A DNA stretch of 64,000 bases from Thecamonas trahens ATCC 50062 (Eukaryota > Protista > Apusomonadida), in assembly GCF_000142905.1 (NCBI RefSeq), contig NW_013657643.1, positions 13,542 through 77,541 of the forward strand. Direction: 5' to 3'. Both the position numbers and the translations under genes were made by a program. This document shows positions 18,678 to 31,705 of this stretch, in pieces. The notes below the pieces were generated by a model. That model was not told where the DNA came from. It saw only the letters and a list, made by a program, of their open reading frames with translations, and searched no databases. Every line of letters begins with the position of its first letter. Within the stretch, counting starts at the first letter, position 1.

Positions 18678-21107
18678 TCACGACGAGGCCGACGGGACCG
18701 AGTGGCCGATGGCATCGGCGGCGAGGTCTTTGCGGATCTTGGTGAGGATGGTGTCGGCGCCGTCGGCGAGGAGGGCGTCGGCGACAGCGACGCCAAAGGC
18801 GCGGGCAGCGTCGAGGACCCGGGCGTAGGCGCCGTCGTCAGCGGCGTCGTCGAGCGAGGCGCCGCCGAGTGCGTCGGTGAGCGAGACCGAGTCGTTGACG
18901 GCGACCATGTCGGCGCCATCGAGCGAGATGACTCGGGCGGTGATGGCGAGCTCGTTGGTGGCGGTGTTGAGGGTGGCCAGCGCACCGACCGGGAGCTTGC
19001 ATCCGCCCTCGAGGTGGTGGAGGAGTGCACGCTCAGTGACGACCGCGACCTCGGTCGGGCGGTGGTTGATGGCGGCGCGGACCTGTGCGGCGGCGTCGGT
19101 GTCTGCGGAGCGGACCTCGATGCCGTACGCGGCCTGACCGACGGCCGGGAGGCAGAGCTCGTGGTCGAGGACGAGGTCAATGCGCCCGTCGAGCGAGACC
19201 CGGTTGAGGCCGGCGACCGCGAGAATGATGGCGGCGTACGGCGGGTCGCGCGTTGGCGTGTCGAGCTTGGTCAGCCGGGTGTGGATGTTGCCGCGGATCG
19301 AGTCAAAGACCAGGCCCGGGTACGCCCGCTTCAGCTGGGCAATCCGCCGCAGCGAGCTCGTGCCCACCACCGAACCGGCAGGGAGGTCGGCGAGCGACGT
19401 CGGGCGCGGGACAATGGCCCGCGAGAAGACGACGCAGTCCGACGGGCACGATCGCTCCGAGTAGGCGACCAGCTCGAGGCCGGCCGGCAGCTTGGTCGGC
19501 ACGTCCTTGAGCGAGTGAACGAGGACGTCGACCGCCGAGTCGAGAAGCGCAGCCTCGAGCTCCTTGGTGAAAATGCCCTGCTCGCCAAACGAGGCCAGGT
19601 GGCGCGACTGGTCGAGGTCGCCGAGCGTCTCGCGTCGGACAACCGAAAAGGCGCCGAGCGGACGGGCGGCACGGAGCTTGCCCAGGATCTCACGGGTTTG
19701 CGCCAGCGCGAGCAGCGACGAGCGGGTCCCGATCCGCAGTGTCCGCTGGGTGTGGTCGTACGCATGCACCGCGTCCACAAAGACCTTGACCTTGGCCGGG
19801 TCCATGTCCGGGTAAATGCCGTGCCCGAGGTTGCAGATGTACCCGGTCGGGCCAAAGGCTGAGAGCATGGTCCCGACAGCGGCCACTAGGTCCTCGTCCG
19901 ATGCGTAGAGGTAGCACGGGTCGATGTTGCCCTGAAGCGCCACGCGTCCGCCAGTCTGCGTCCGCGCATACTCTGGGTCGATGGTCCAGTCGATGGAGAG
20001 CACGTCGTAGAACGAGTACGAGAGGTCGTGGAGCGCCCAGTGCGCGCCGCGCGCAAAGGCCGTCATCGGCACCGCCGCGGCGCCGAGCGCGCTCTTGACC
20101 CGGGTCGCAATCTGGGTCAGGTACGGCAGACCAAACTCGTCGTACAGCTCGCGGGTGAGTGCGCCGGCATTCGAGTCAAAGACCTGCAGCAGCTGCGCGC
20201 CAGCCTTGGCCTGCTCAACCAGATGCGCCACGACAACGTCGGTGATTGCCTGCAGCAGCTGGTGTGACGCAGCCTTGTGGATGTACAGCCACTTCTTGGC
20301 CTTGGAGTGGGTCTTCGACCCACCGCCCTCGATCATGTACGCCATCAGCGTCCACGGTGCACCAACAAACCCGATGAGCGGCACGGCGCCGCCGATGTTG
20401 GTCCGCGTCAGCGCAATGGCCTCGTACACATACGACAGCACGCTCGCCACATCCGGCTTGAACTCGAGCCGGCTCTGCATGTCCTCAGGACTCTCCAGCG
20501 GAGCTGGGAACACAGGGCCCTTACCCTTCACCATTTGCACCTCCATGCCCATCGCCTGCGGAACCACAAGAATGTCTGAAAAGATGATCGACGCGTCGTA
20601 CTCGAACCGACGCAGCGGCTGCAGCGTCACCTCGCACGCCAGCTCGGGCGTGCGGCAGATGTTGAAGAACCTGCACGTGCCGCCACCATCTCGCCACTGT
20701 GAGTCTTGCGCCCATACTGCAGCTCAGTCTCTCTATCTGATGTGGTACCCGACGTTTGGTCCGGCAAACCCCACATCCCGGCACCCATCACCGACCGGGT
20801 GAAGGCGGTGCGTCCGGCCAAGGATGGATGGGCAGCATGGGAGGGGAGGGGAGGAGAGGGAGGAGGAGGAGGGAGGCGGGGGGGGGGGGGAGGGGGGTCA
20901 AGTACATGGACACGTACCCATTGGCCTGGGAGACTGCGCGGTACTCGGGGAGGTAGCGACCAGCCTGGCGCATGATCCACACAGGCGTCCGCTCGGTCGT
21001 CTCGCCACGAGCAGCACGGAGGAGCAGGTCATTGGCCAGAGGGGGAAGGAGCCATCACCAGCAGGCGGAGTCAAGGGCGCACCCTCAGCAGTCACAGATG
21101 CAGACAT
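18678..21107 (-). CDS. UROD-HMBS: Uroporphyrinogen decarboxylase (HemE/UROD) fused to porphobilinogen deaminase (HemC/HMBS). Exons 20918-21107 (1-nt frameshift at G5 run 21041-21045) and 18678-20670
   Basis: UROD motifs [43 protein letters not shown], then in frame HMBS motifs [52 protein letters not shown] intron 20671-20917. Confidence 0.92.
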
Positions 21108-21741
21108 AGCAGAGAGGAGGAGGAGAATGAGGGAGGGGTGATGGGAGGGGGTGGAGTGATGTGTATGGGGGGAGCGAGGGAGGGAGGTGTGTTGGGGAGC
21201 ATCATTCGGGTTGCCATGGCGGTTGTTGGCAGCCGACTGTCGTCATCATTGTTGTCGTCGTCATCGTTGATCTCCATCACATCATCACGCACGGGTTGAT
21301 CAAGTCTGCCTGTCATTATAGTGGTGCTGGAGAAGGGTGATGGTATGGATGATAGAAGGAGGGTTTGTCTTGGATGATCGATGGGGGAAGGGGAGGAAGG
21401 GGGGGGGGCGAGGGGGGCGGGTGTGCCCGAGCTGACCCGGTCAATGACGCGCAGTGGCAATGACGTGATGGGGACGAGTTGTGGGTAAAGGCATGAGATG
21501 GAGGCAGCGATGGTGTGATCGGGGAAGGAGAGTGGGTGGCGACATGATAGAGAGAGAGAGAGTGTGTGTGTGTGATGGGGTGGATGGGGGAGGGGATTGT
21601 GAATGAGGGCTGGGGAGGGGAGGGAGGGCGGGGAGGAGGCACCAGCTCGTGTACCCGAGCAATGGAGCAGAGTGCGGATGGCTCACCGGGCACCAGGTTC
21701 CAGGCATTAGACACGAGCATAGGCAACACTTGACGCAGACC

Positions 21742-22164
21742 ATGGACATTGCACACAAGGTAGGTGACGGTGGGGATGAAGGCGAGCAGCAGCCGCGGGG
21801 GCTCGGCAAGCAGGGGGGAGGGGGAGCGAGGAAGGAGGCTTGCCCGCCGAAGCACTCACGCCTGGGTGTGGACGGTGGCGATGTCGATGACGACGCGTGT
21901 TTGTGGGCGGACATGTGCGTGATGGGTGATGGTGGCAATGGGCGGTGATGGTCGGCGGACGTGAGGATGTAGGTGGTGGCCGGCTCGCTCGGCGTGGCCT
22001 CGATCTATCTCACGGGATCGTTCCTCTTCAACACCTTCAACATTGTCCGCCAGTCGAAGGAGGGCCCGCCGCCGAACGCCCGGGTCAACGTCGAGGCTCA
22101 GGAGGCCGCGAACACTGCTGGCGCGTCGACAACATTGTCGAATGGATCATCGGCATCGCCGTAA
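21742..22164 (+). CDS. COX14-like cytochrome c oxidase assembly factor. Exons 21742-21759, 21973-22164
   Basis: Spliced MDIAHK|VVAGSLGVASIYLTGSFLFNTFNIVR resembles yeast Cox14 ([27 protein letters not shown]); GTAGGT donor, TAG acceptor, phase 0; one TM. A further upstream exon is possible. Confidence 0.55.
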
Positions 22165-22458
22165 CAAGATCGAGTCCCTCGATCGCCGCCTCGACGATCG
22201 ACCTGCCTGCACTCGCCAATCGGTTGCCGAGCTGCCCATGTACATGGTCGAATCCCGCGGCAGCCGTAGCCGTCCCTTCATGCGTGCTTCGGATTGCGTA
22301 CAACTGTTGCCCGCCGTATAAAGCATGCCACCCTCATGGTCAGCTCCGCCACGGCGGTACCTGATCCCTCTGCGAGCCCGAGCACACGACAACCTGTCCC
22401 TGGCCCTAGCCCAGCCAGAGACACACTTGACTCTACACGTTTCAAGGTGGCGCGTGTC

Positions 22459-23203
22459 ATGGCAGCCGACGGATCGTCCTCGTCCTCGGGCGTCTTCTCC
22501 ATCCCTGATGAGCTCGAGGAGATGCTCGATGACATCTCCAAGAAGTCGATGGAGTTTGCCGAGGAGCTGTCCGAGAAGCTCGACACAAAGTACAACTGCT
22601 GCGGCGTCAACTTTGGCTTTGATCCCATTCTTGGTACGGGCTGTACCGACCGTAGTGAGCAAGGGGCATGCTAAGACTACGGCCCAAATGCTCTGCGAGT
22701 ATGGCGAGGATTGGGTGGGGATAGCGGTCGTATGTGGCTTGGGCATGGTCAGGTGGCGTGGGAGACGAGCCGGTTTTGAGCGTTGCGAAACGCGCGCAAA
22801 GGTCGTTCAGGCCATGGAGGGGTAGGGAGTGGGGGGGATGGGCAAGGTGAGGGCACACAGACTCACTCTGGGACATGGGCTGGGGACGTGCTGGAGGAAG
22901 GCAGGTCTCATTCCGTTGGTGGGGGATGCTGTGGCTGTCTTTATTGCCGGCTCGCTCGTCCTCCGCTCGGTCGTTCTTGGCCTGCCAAAGTGCAAGCTCT
23001 TCCACATGGGCTACAACATCGGGACGGATGCCCTGCTGGGCGCGTGCCCTATTCTGGGCGATATCTTTGACGTCTCGTTCAAGGCTAATGTGAAGAACAC
23101 AGAAGTGCTGCGCAAGTTCCTCGCCAAGCACGGCGGCGCGCCGAATGCCGACCAGATGGACGGGACCGAGGACCCCAAGTGCTGTCCGTGCGGATGCTGT
23201 TGA
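22459..23203 (+). CDS. DUF4112 family membrane protein. Exons 22459-22633, 22905-23203
   Basis: LDTKY...FGFDPILG|LIPLVGD...NIGTDALLGACPILGDIFDVSFKANVKN is the DUF4112 signature; GTACG..CAG intron. Confidence 0.85.
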
Positions 23204-23363
23204 GTGGCCGAGGGCCAGAAGAGGCGCGGCTAGGCTGTTCGCGGGCGCCGGTACGGCGGCTTTGGACTCGATGATGCTGGGCTAAGGGGATAAATGCTGC
23301 GCTGTCGCGATGGTGTGTGTGTGTATGTGTGTGTGTGTGTGTGTGTGTGTATGCAGCAGAGAG

Positions 23364-25525
23364 CTAGAACGAGGCGCCGGCGAGGTCAGCGTCGCCGACA
23401 GAGCGGGTCTCGAGCTGCTCCATGCACTGCTCCATGAGCGAGCGGCCGGAGATGAGCTTGGTGGTGGCAACGATAAAGTCCTCGCGGCGGTCTGTGGCGG
23501 CCGAAGCGAGGAAGCGAATGGCGGCGAGCTCTGCGTAGGCGATGCCGCCGATGTAGACGACGAGTGTGACGCGCGAGCGCTGGGCGGCTTCGGAGCGCAT
23601 GGCATCGGCGGGGTCTGCGCCCGGGGCGGCGGGCGGGAGGTCGTCGTGGAGCGAGATGCCCTGCGGAATCTCCTGCTGGGCCTCGAACATGGGCTCGGGG
23701 ATGAGGGCGGCGACGGGGCGCGGGATGGCGGCCCAGGAGCCCGGGCGCGAGGCGAGCTCGATGAGGCGGACGGAGAGCGGGGCGTAGCCGGAGAAGACGT
23801 ACGAGATGTCGTCGGGATCGGCCTCGTTGACCTCGTCGGGGAGGAGGTTGAAGTTTTTGACCAGGAGCGGGAAGCTCGACTTGCCCTCTGAGCGCTTGAA
23901 GAGGCCGAGCTTCTCGAGGTTGTGGAGGGTGAACATGTGCTCAAAGCCGTAGGCCTGGACGATTTCACGGCGAAGAAAGTCGAACATCTTAGACTTGACG
24001 CCGTTGAGGGTGAGCGAGAGGATGCAGATCAGGCGCAGGACCTTGGTCAGCGGTTCCTGCTTGTTGATGCACTCCTCGATGTAGGCGACCGTCGAGGCCG
24101 AGTCGACCGAGTTGAGCATGGCCTGCTCGGCCTCAAGCTGGCGGTGGAAGGCGTCGGCGCGGGTCACCCGCATCAGCGCCTCGGTAATGTTCGTGTGGAC
24201 GGTGAGCGACTTGTGCTCCGCCTGCGCATCCTTGAACGTGCCCACGTACGCCTTGACATCAGAAATGGTCTGCACCTCGTGGCGCATGTCGTACGACTGG
24301 CGGACGCCCTCGGCCTTGGCGTGGAGGAGCGGGCCGAGAATGGCAAAGTTGTGGTCACGAATCTCGGTGTAGAGCTTGTCGTTTGAGTTGAGAGGGTGCT
24401 TGACCTGCCGACCGGTGCCCGACGGGCCGTCTGGGCCGAGCATGGCCGGATCGAGCCACACAAACGTGTTCTTGATGCCAAACTCCTCGTTGATGAGGCC
24501 CTCGTAGGTGAGCGGGGTGCAGAGCGGAGTGACGAGGTCGACTGCGCGGTCGATGAGAATGACCCGGTCGATTTCGGGCGTGATCATGTTGGCCTCGGAC
24601 GACTGTGCCGCCATCCGCATCATCATGTCTGCCACAAGCTTGGCTGCCGGCCCTGCGCCCATGATGTGCGGAATGGTGCCGTACATGGCCTGGATCTTCA
24701 TCAGCGACGTCGCCACCGAATACAGCGCCGTCCGGTCGCCGTCGAGGTAACACTCTCGGAACGCGCTCTCCATTTCCAGCGAGAGCACGTCGTCGTCGAG
24801 TGGAATGAGGTCCATCGCAAACTCAAACAGCGTGCAGTCGCCGAGCACGCCCTCCTCCTCCAGCACCCGCTCGCAGATAAGCGTCTTGCGCGGCGCAAAG
24901 AGCACAAAGTACTCGTGCGTGCCCTCCACCGCTCCCCGGATCTGCCTCGCAATCATCTTCATGTTCTTGAGCGTCGGCCGGGTAATGTACACCACATTGC
25001 GAGCCGCGTCACGCAGCGCACCGGCCTCGAGCTTGCGCAGGTTGGCCACGCCATGCTGCTGCAGAAACGGCACAGTCGTGACCAGGCCCAGCGGTCCCGT
25101 GAGATTCGAGTCGATCACCAGCTCCTTGTCGCCGCGGATCTGCACCATGTTGACCGCCGCGGACCAGGGCAGAAGCAAGCGGCAGCCGAGTACACGCCAT
25201 GGGTGAGTCCACATGCTATACACACACCACACACACACACGCACTGCGCATGCCATCTTCCCCACCTCCACTTGCCCTGTACCCCCCCCTCCCCCCGCTC
25301 ACCGTCCACACATGCGGCGGGAGCCGGTGCCCATGGCCCATGTGCGACCAAATTCCCTCACCAACCACCCCACGTCCCTCCCCTCCCCACCACCACCACC
25401 ACCACCACCACCACCACCACTACCATCACCACACATACCATGTCAAGGTAGTCCATGAGCTCCTCCTTGGCATGCTCGCGGAGTGCAGCGAGGTTCACCA
25501 CCGCTCCGGACAGGTTGGCAGCCAT
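23364..25525 (-). CDS. VPS33: Vacuolar protein sorting 33 (Sec1/Munc18 family). Exons 25439-25525, 23364-25139
   Basis: IPLDDDVLSLE, IDRAVDLVTPLCTPLTYEGLI, DISYVFSGYAPLSVRL, YIGGIAYAELAAIRFL. Confidence 0.95.
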
Positions 25526-25830
25526 GGTAGTCGGCCGAGTGCCACGACAAGTGCTGGTGCCGTCTAGTCGCTCACGCCCACGCTCACGCTCACGCTCCCC
25601 TCTCCCCCTCTCGGCTCCTCTTGCTGCCCACCTCTGGCCAATCTCTCGCCAACCTGTCATGCCCTTCCTGATGAGGCCCCACTGCTTCCGATTGTGCCCA
25701 ATTCATGCATTCTCATAGCCGATCGAGTCGAGTCAGCCGACTGTCATCGTGGGAGTCTGATGACCCGCAAAGAGCCTCTCCCCCCCTCCCTCTCTCTCTC
25801 TCTCTGTTCAAAGATCACGGGCGACAGCAG

Positions 25831-26644
25831 CTACACGTGGTCGTCGAGAATCGAGTGCAGCTCGGGATCAATGACGGGGCTGGCGTCTGATGACGGCTCG
25901 ATCGAGTCTGAGAGCGTCTCGAGAAACTCGACGATCTCGGCGAGCGAGCGCCCGGCAAGGACGGGCGAGTCGGCGAGTGCATTGCGGAGCGTATCTGCTC
26001 GCCCTTCCTTTGTAATCTGCGCCAGCCGCGCCTCCAACTCGGTGTTCTCCACCGTCAGCTGCTCCAGCTCGTCCCTGAGCGCCTCAATGGCGTACTCCTG
26101 GCCCTCGGTCACCACGCTGCTGTTCGATCGGTGGCTCATTGTATTCGGCAGATCTGCACATCACACCGCCGCACCCATGAGTACATCCATCTCTCCCTCT
26201 CTGCCTATCGCACACTCTCCCCTCCATCCACACCATGCAGCCGTACACAGAGATGATGCCAGATACGCATCGCCCGACGCATTCATCAGCCCAACCGCGT
26301 TCTCGCGCTCGTGCTTCTCCTCCAGATACCGACCCTATTCCCACGCCCACGCCCACGCCCACACCCACATCCATGCCCATGCCCATGCCCATGCCGACAC
26401 CCACGGCCACGGCCACGGCCATGCCCATCCCCCCCCCAGGCCCCACGTCACCATGCATGAGTCTGCTCCAGATCACCCACCCCTCGCCCCCACCCCCACC
26501 CCACCCCTCACCCCTCGCCCCCACCCCCCGCCCCAACCATACAATGACCGCCTCTAGGGCTGTATGCAGCTGAATAGCATCGTCCCAGTCCTCCGGCACC
26601 GCAATGCCCAGCTGGACCAGCCTCCGCTCGAGCTCGTCGGTCAT
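25831..26644 (-). CDS. Hypothetical small coiled-coil protein (170 aa). Exons 26543-26644, 26247-26334, 25831-26153
   Basis: Three phase-consistent exons with GTATG/GTACG donors and TAG/CAG acceptors; heptad-like IEALRDELEQLTVENTELEARLAQI. Confidence 0.6.
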
Positions 26645-26792
26645 GCAGAGAGTAGCGTCGCGTCGAGTCGAGTGCAGCTCCCGGCTCCCGCGCCTGCCAG
26701 AGACAGCTCACAACGCGGCCTTTGAACAGATGGGCCGCTCGCCCATCACGATCTGCTTTACCACGAAACCAACCACGGGGCTAGCGATAGTA

Positions 26793-27839
26793 CTAGAGAT
26801 TGGCATGCGAGGGCATACGCTTGCGATCACGAGCAAGGTTCTTCTTCCGCTTGCGCTTGACGTACTTGTTGAGGTTGCCGGACTTCTTGAGCTCCTCAAA
26901 CTTGATGGCGAGGTCAAGCTTTTTGCGGTCCTTGTTCTTGAGATGGTACGGGTTCTTGCCCTGCGCCACCAGCGCTGCCTCCATCCGCTTGCGCTCGATG
27001 TTGCGCCGCGCCTTGGCCCGCCGATCATCAATGTTGGAGGCCATGGCCTGAACCTTGCGCAGCTGGTCGCGCAGCTCCGCGCGCGCATCAGGGTTGCGCT
27101 CCTTCTTCAGCGACTTGCGCAGCTGCCCCATTTCCACGTCCTGCTGCTCGCGGATGTGTTTGTATCGAGCGTACCAGAGGTTGTGGTCGGTCGAGCCCGA
27201 GACGAGCGAGTCGAACCGCGGATCACGGGCCCGCACCGGCTTCTTGCCGCCGCGCAGCCGCGACGGAAGGCCCCGCGGCTTGGTCTTGGCTGACATCTCC
27301 ACCGGCCCATGCCGCGACGTTCTCTGCCTCTTCATCGGCCGCTGCGAGCTCTTGCGCTCATCGTCGGAGCTCGACGCACCCTCCGATCCGCTTCCCCAGC
27401 CGCCTGCCCCGGACTCGTCCGACGAGTCTCCCAGCCGCTGCCGCCGCAGCGCGTCCCGCTTCCGCTTCCGCGCCAGCGCCAGACCGCCCTTGACGCGAGC
27501 GAGCACAGTGCCCAGCTCCTCGTCGTCCTCGCTCACATCGCTCCGGTCGAGATATCCGACCGAGTCCATCGATCCCGACGAGCAGCCTTCACCGTCGTTC
27601 GACACACCGCTCTCCACCGACGACGATGATGTCGAGTATGTGTACGTGTACTCGTCGTCGTGCGCCTTGGCCGCCTCGGACCACTTTGCCCGTGCCGCCG
27701 CCCGCGACGCCTTCCCATCCCTCGCCACCGGCTGCTCGTCGTCTCCCCTCTTGGCAGGCCAGCCCTTGCCCTTGCCCTTGCCTTTACCCCCGGAAGCCCC
27801 CCTGCCCTTGCTCTTTCCCTTGTCCTTGCCACCACCCAT
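26793..27839 (-). CDS. RRP36: rRNA biogenesis protein RRP36 (DUF947)
   Basis: GPVEMSAK, RDPRFD, GKNPYHLK, KFEELKKSGNLNKY. Confidence 0.9.
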   Translation of the reverse strand: MGGGKDKGKSKGRGASGGKGKGKGKGWPAKRGDDEQPVARDGKASRAAARAKWSEAAKAHDDEYTYTYSTSSSSVESGVSNDGEGCSSGSMDSVGYLDRSDVSEDDEELGTVLARVKGGLALARKRKRDALRRQRLGDSSDESGAGGWGSGSEGASSSDDERKSSQRPMKRQRTSRHGPVEMSAKTKPRGLPSRLRGGKKPVRARDPRFDSLVSGSTDHNLWYARYKHIREQQDVEMGQLRKSLKKERNPDARAELRDQLRKVQAMASNIDDRRAKARRNIERKRMEAALVAQGKNPYHLKNKDRKKLDLAIKFEELKKSGNLNKYVKRKRKKNLARDRKRMPSHANL

Positions 27840-27998
27840 CCCCAGCGAAAATGAGTGTCGTGTGTCTCGTCCGTGTCTCGTCGCCTTTCCCTCCCGGCCT
27901 GCGGCCGGGTTGGATGGATGGGAGCACTTCGGCCGGTGGCCCGTCGGCCGGCAAGTGGAGCACAGGTTTTACAATGCCAGGCAGAGCAGGTTGGCACT

Positions 27999-29421
27999 CT
28001 AGATGACCTTCTCGATGAGAACGGCAATGCCCTGGCCACCGCCGATGCAGGCCGAGCCAATGGCGTACTTGACGTCCAGGTTGGCGACGCGATGGGCGAG
28101 GTGCGACATGATGCGGGCGCCCGAGGCTCCCAGCGGGTGGCCGAGAGCGATGGCGCCACCGGACGCGTTGGTGATGGCGCGGTCGAGGCCGAGCTCACGC
28201 TCGCAGGCGAGGTACTGCGGGGCAAAGGCCTCGTTGATCTCGACCAGGCCGATGTCGTCGAGCGAGAGGCCGGACTTGGCAAGCACGCCGCGGATGGCCG
28301 GGACCGGGCCGATGCCCATGATGGTCGGGTCGACGCCCTCGACGTGCCAGGCGACGACGCGGGCGAGCGGGTTGAGGCCGTGCTTGTTGGCGGCCTCCTC
28401 CGAGGCGACGACAACCGACGCGGCACCGTCACAAATGCCCGATGCCGCGCCAGGCGTGACCACGCCGTCCTTCTTGAACACCGTCGGCAGCTTGCCGAGC
28501 CCCTCAAGCGTCGTCTCCGGCCGCGGGTGCTCGTCGATGGCAAAGGTCGTCGTCTTCCCGCGCTTGCCCTTGACCTCCACCGGCGCAATCTCGGCGTCAA
28601 ACACGCCGTTGGCCGCCGCCGCCGCCCACCGGGCCTGCGACGCGAGCGCGTACTCGTCCGAGTCCTCGCGCGTCACGTTGTACATCTCGGCGAGCTTCTC
28701 CGCCGTCATGCCCATCGGCGACTGCACATGCGAGTCGGTGAGCCCGGCCCAGAGCGTGTCCGTCATCTGCGGAGGCTGCCCCAGCACCGTTCCGAACCGC
28801 ATCGAGCCCGGCAGGTGGTACGGCGCCTGCGACATCGACTCGGTTCCGCCCGCAACCGCCACCGAAGCCTCGCCGAGGAGGATAGAGTGCGCCGCTGAGA
28901 CCAGCGACTCAAAGCCGGAGCCGCACAGCCGGTTGACCACGTGCGCCGGCGTCGAAATCGCGCACCCCGACTTGAGCGCCACATGCCGCGCAAGGTACGC
29001 CGCCTGCGGGTCAGTCTGCTGCACGTTGCCGATCACCACGTTGTCGACGGCCCTGTGCGCACGAGTGAGAAGAAGGGAGAGTGAGTGGGGGTGTCACGGT
29101 CATCGCTTGGGTGGTCTCCGCCACTTCAAATTTGTCACTCTCCTCGCGGCGGAAGAAAATGACGCGCTAACGCCACCTCGCCTCAACCCGGCCGTCATTC
29201 TTCGCTCGCCAGCTCCCCGCCCAGCCCGCAGGCGAAGCAAGACTCTGCCCCCCCACAACCACCACGTACTCGGCCGAGACGCCAGCGTCAGCAATGGCGG
29301 CGCGGGTGGCATGGACCGCAAGGTCGGTGGCTGACATGCCCTTGAGCGTCCCGCCAAAGGTGCCAAACGGCGTCCGCTTGGCGCCCACAATGAAGAGGTT
29401 CGTAGCTGCGCGAGCTGCCAT
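27999..29421 (-). CDS. ACAA2: Mitochondrial 3-ketoacyl-CoA thiolase. Exons 29270-29421, 27999-29052
   Basis: IVGAKRTPFG, NRLCGSG, GGTESMSQAP, EINEAFA, GHPLGASG, ACIGGGQG. Confidence 0.93.
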
Positions 29422-30541
29422 GCTAAAGTGCTTGGTGCAAGAGTCAGTGAAGTGCTACAGTCGCCGATGCCTTGACCGCGCCCGTCGTCCCTCAACAACA
29501 CACAGCCCCCCCTCACCGCATCAAGGCTGTAAACGGCGACAGCTTCAAGGATGGGGAGACGGGGGCGGCCGTCGCAAAACCGGCCATCGTCGATCCATCG
29601 GTCTGTATAAACGTCGAGGTGCCGATCAAGGCCGGGCCGATTGCCCGAGCGCTGGCCGGTGCTCTTATCATGCATGCAGGCAACATCTCCAAGGGACGCC
29701 CATCCTCTACATTGCAGCGGATACCAGCTGCAGGTATCTGTGCTTTTATTGCGCTACAGCAAAGCGACTCGTGGCCAGCCCAAGCTCGCTCGAGATCCGA
29801 TCCCAGCCGACCACATGTCAGTGCATTGAATTGATACCCCCCCATCATCCACTGGCAGCTGGCCAGTTGCCCAATCTTGATGACGCCATCCAACACCGCC
29901 ATCTCGCCGACTCGCCGCAGGCAACAGCTCCGCAGTCGAGGCCACCGCGTTCGACCGACGAGTGCCGGCCGATTCGCCCGCCGGCCAGTCTGCACTAGAG
30001 GCACTCGACTCGGCGGTGAGGCAACCGAGCTTGGTGTATGTCCCCATGTGAGAGAGCGTGTTGATGGAGCCGGTAGCGTTGTACCTGGGTGGGTATAGAT
30101 GGCTGATGTGGGTATGGTCTGTGCTCTTGCCAACGTATGCGCCATGCTCAGACTCGCCATGGTCGCCGCCTCCCACCGGCTGGCATTGCCTCCATTTTCG
30201 GCTCGCCATCCCATCGCTGCGGGAGAGCGAGGGCTAGGGATGGGCAAGTATGGGGCATTGTCCATGGATTCCTCCCCGTTCTTCAGCTGTACCCCTCGGC
30301 GTAGCATGGTGGTAGACCCTGCGCGTCGTTTCTCTACCTTTATCAGCCTCTTTCCCCGTACCCAGCCGCGAGAATGCCTGTGACGCGCTGTGTGTGTTGG
30401 TGGAGACAGTCGAATCGAGAGCGACTCACCGAGAGATGCGGCGATGATGGCGATGCGGGGGATGATGCTGAACTGCGGCGATGATGTGATGGCGGCCTTT
30501 GGCTGTACGGTATGGTACTCGACGTGGTTGCAGTGGGAGGG

Positions 30542-31485
30542 ATGGACATCGAGGACGTTGTTGTGGAGGACGGGGGCTCGCCTCGCATCTGTTTGCTGGG
30601 GCGATGGCGGGTATTGCTGAGCATGTGGTTATGTTTCCCGTAGACACCATCAAGACCCGCATGCAGGTCACGGTGGCGGCCGTGGAGGGCGTCGCAGGCT
30701 CGGCGGGCGGCGCTACGGTGGGCATCCGCGGACCGACGGGCATGGTGGGAGTGGCGCGGTCGATTGTGGTGAACGAGGGCGTGATGCGGCTGCTTCGCGG
30801 CGCTCAGAGTGTGGCGCTGGGTGCTGGCCCGGCGCACGCACTGTACTTTGCCACGTACGAGAAGATGCGTAAGGTGCTTGGCGGTGACAACCGCGACGAG
30901 CACACGCCGTTGGCGGCGGCGGCGACGGGCGCGGTGGCGACTACCGTGTGTGACACGATCATGACCCCGTTTGACGTCATGAAGCAGCGGCTGCAGATCT
31001 CAGGCTCACCCTACCGTGGCGTGGTCGACTGCGCCCGGACCATGCTCCGAGTTGAGGGCTTTGCGGCCTTCTTCCGCTCGCTCCCCACCACGCTCGTCAT
31101 GAACGTGCCGTACGCCGGCTTCCACTTTGCCGCATACGAGTCGCTGTCCAGAGTACTGATCTCGGACAACGACCACCACCCGCTGGCCAACTCTCTGGCC
31201 GGCGCCGGCGCCGGCGCCTCGGCCGCCGCCCTCACCACTCCGCTCGACGTCGTCAAGACCCGCCTGCAGACCCAGGACATCGGCGCCGCCACCGGCGCCG
31301 CCATCCGCAAGGTTCCTTACAGAGGCATGGTCCAAACTGCACGCACCATCGTCGCCGAGGAGGGCCTCCGCGGCCTCTTTGCTGGCATGGTCCCGCGCAT
31401 GCTGTTCTTTGCACCCGGCGCCGCCATCGCATGGACCACATACGAGACGCTCAAGCATCTGACCCGCCACTGGGCCTCCGAGTAG
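30542..31485 (+). CDS. Mitoferrin-type mitochondrial carrier (SLC25A37/28, MRS3/4); apparent 1-nt frameshift at G5 run 30572-30576
   Basis: AGAMAGIAEHVVMFPVDTIKTRMQ, GAGPAHALYFATYE, TPFDVMKQRLQ, MNVPY, TPLDVVKTRLQ. The N-terminus MDIEDVVVED joins in frame if one G is added. Confidence 0.9.
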
Positions 31486-31705
31486 CTCGTCTCCAGCCGA
31501 CTCCTAGTCGCCTGTTAACATAATTGCTGCTCTCTTCTGCTTGCTTCACTGGCTTTCCCCCTCTTAGCCTTCTGCTGCCCGCACACAGGCGTCGCGCCTC
31601 ACACCGAGCACCGCGCCTCGCCGTGCTCCGGGACTGGGGAGACCGGAGAGCAGCGGCGTGCTGCGGGTGCGCGTCCAGCCGACAAGCGGCTGGATGTGCG
31701 AGGCG

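Noticed and set aside
20690-20790. Possible H/ACA snoRNA in the UROD intron (GATGTGG/CCACATC hairpin, terminal ACA)
   Set aside because: No clean ANANNA H box, and the ACA overlaps the branch-site motif ACTCAC.
21092-21938. Minus-strand multi-exon gene upstream of UROD-HMBS
   Set aside because: No phase-consistent model with a recognisable product; it also overlaps the better-supported COX14-like gene.
29472-30383. ORFs between ACAA2 and mitoferrin
   Set aside because: No motifs, weak codon bias and no consistent splice model; treated as divergent intergenic DNA.
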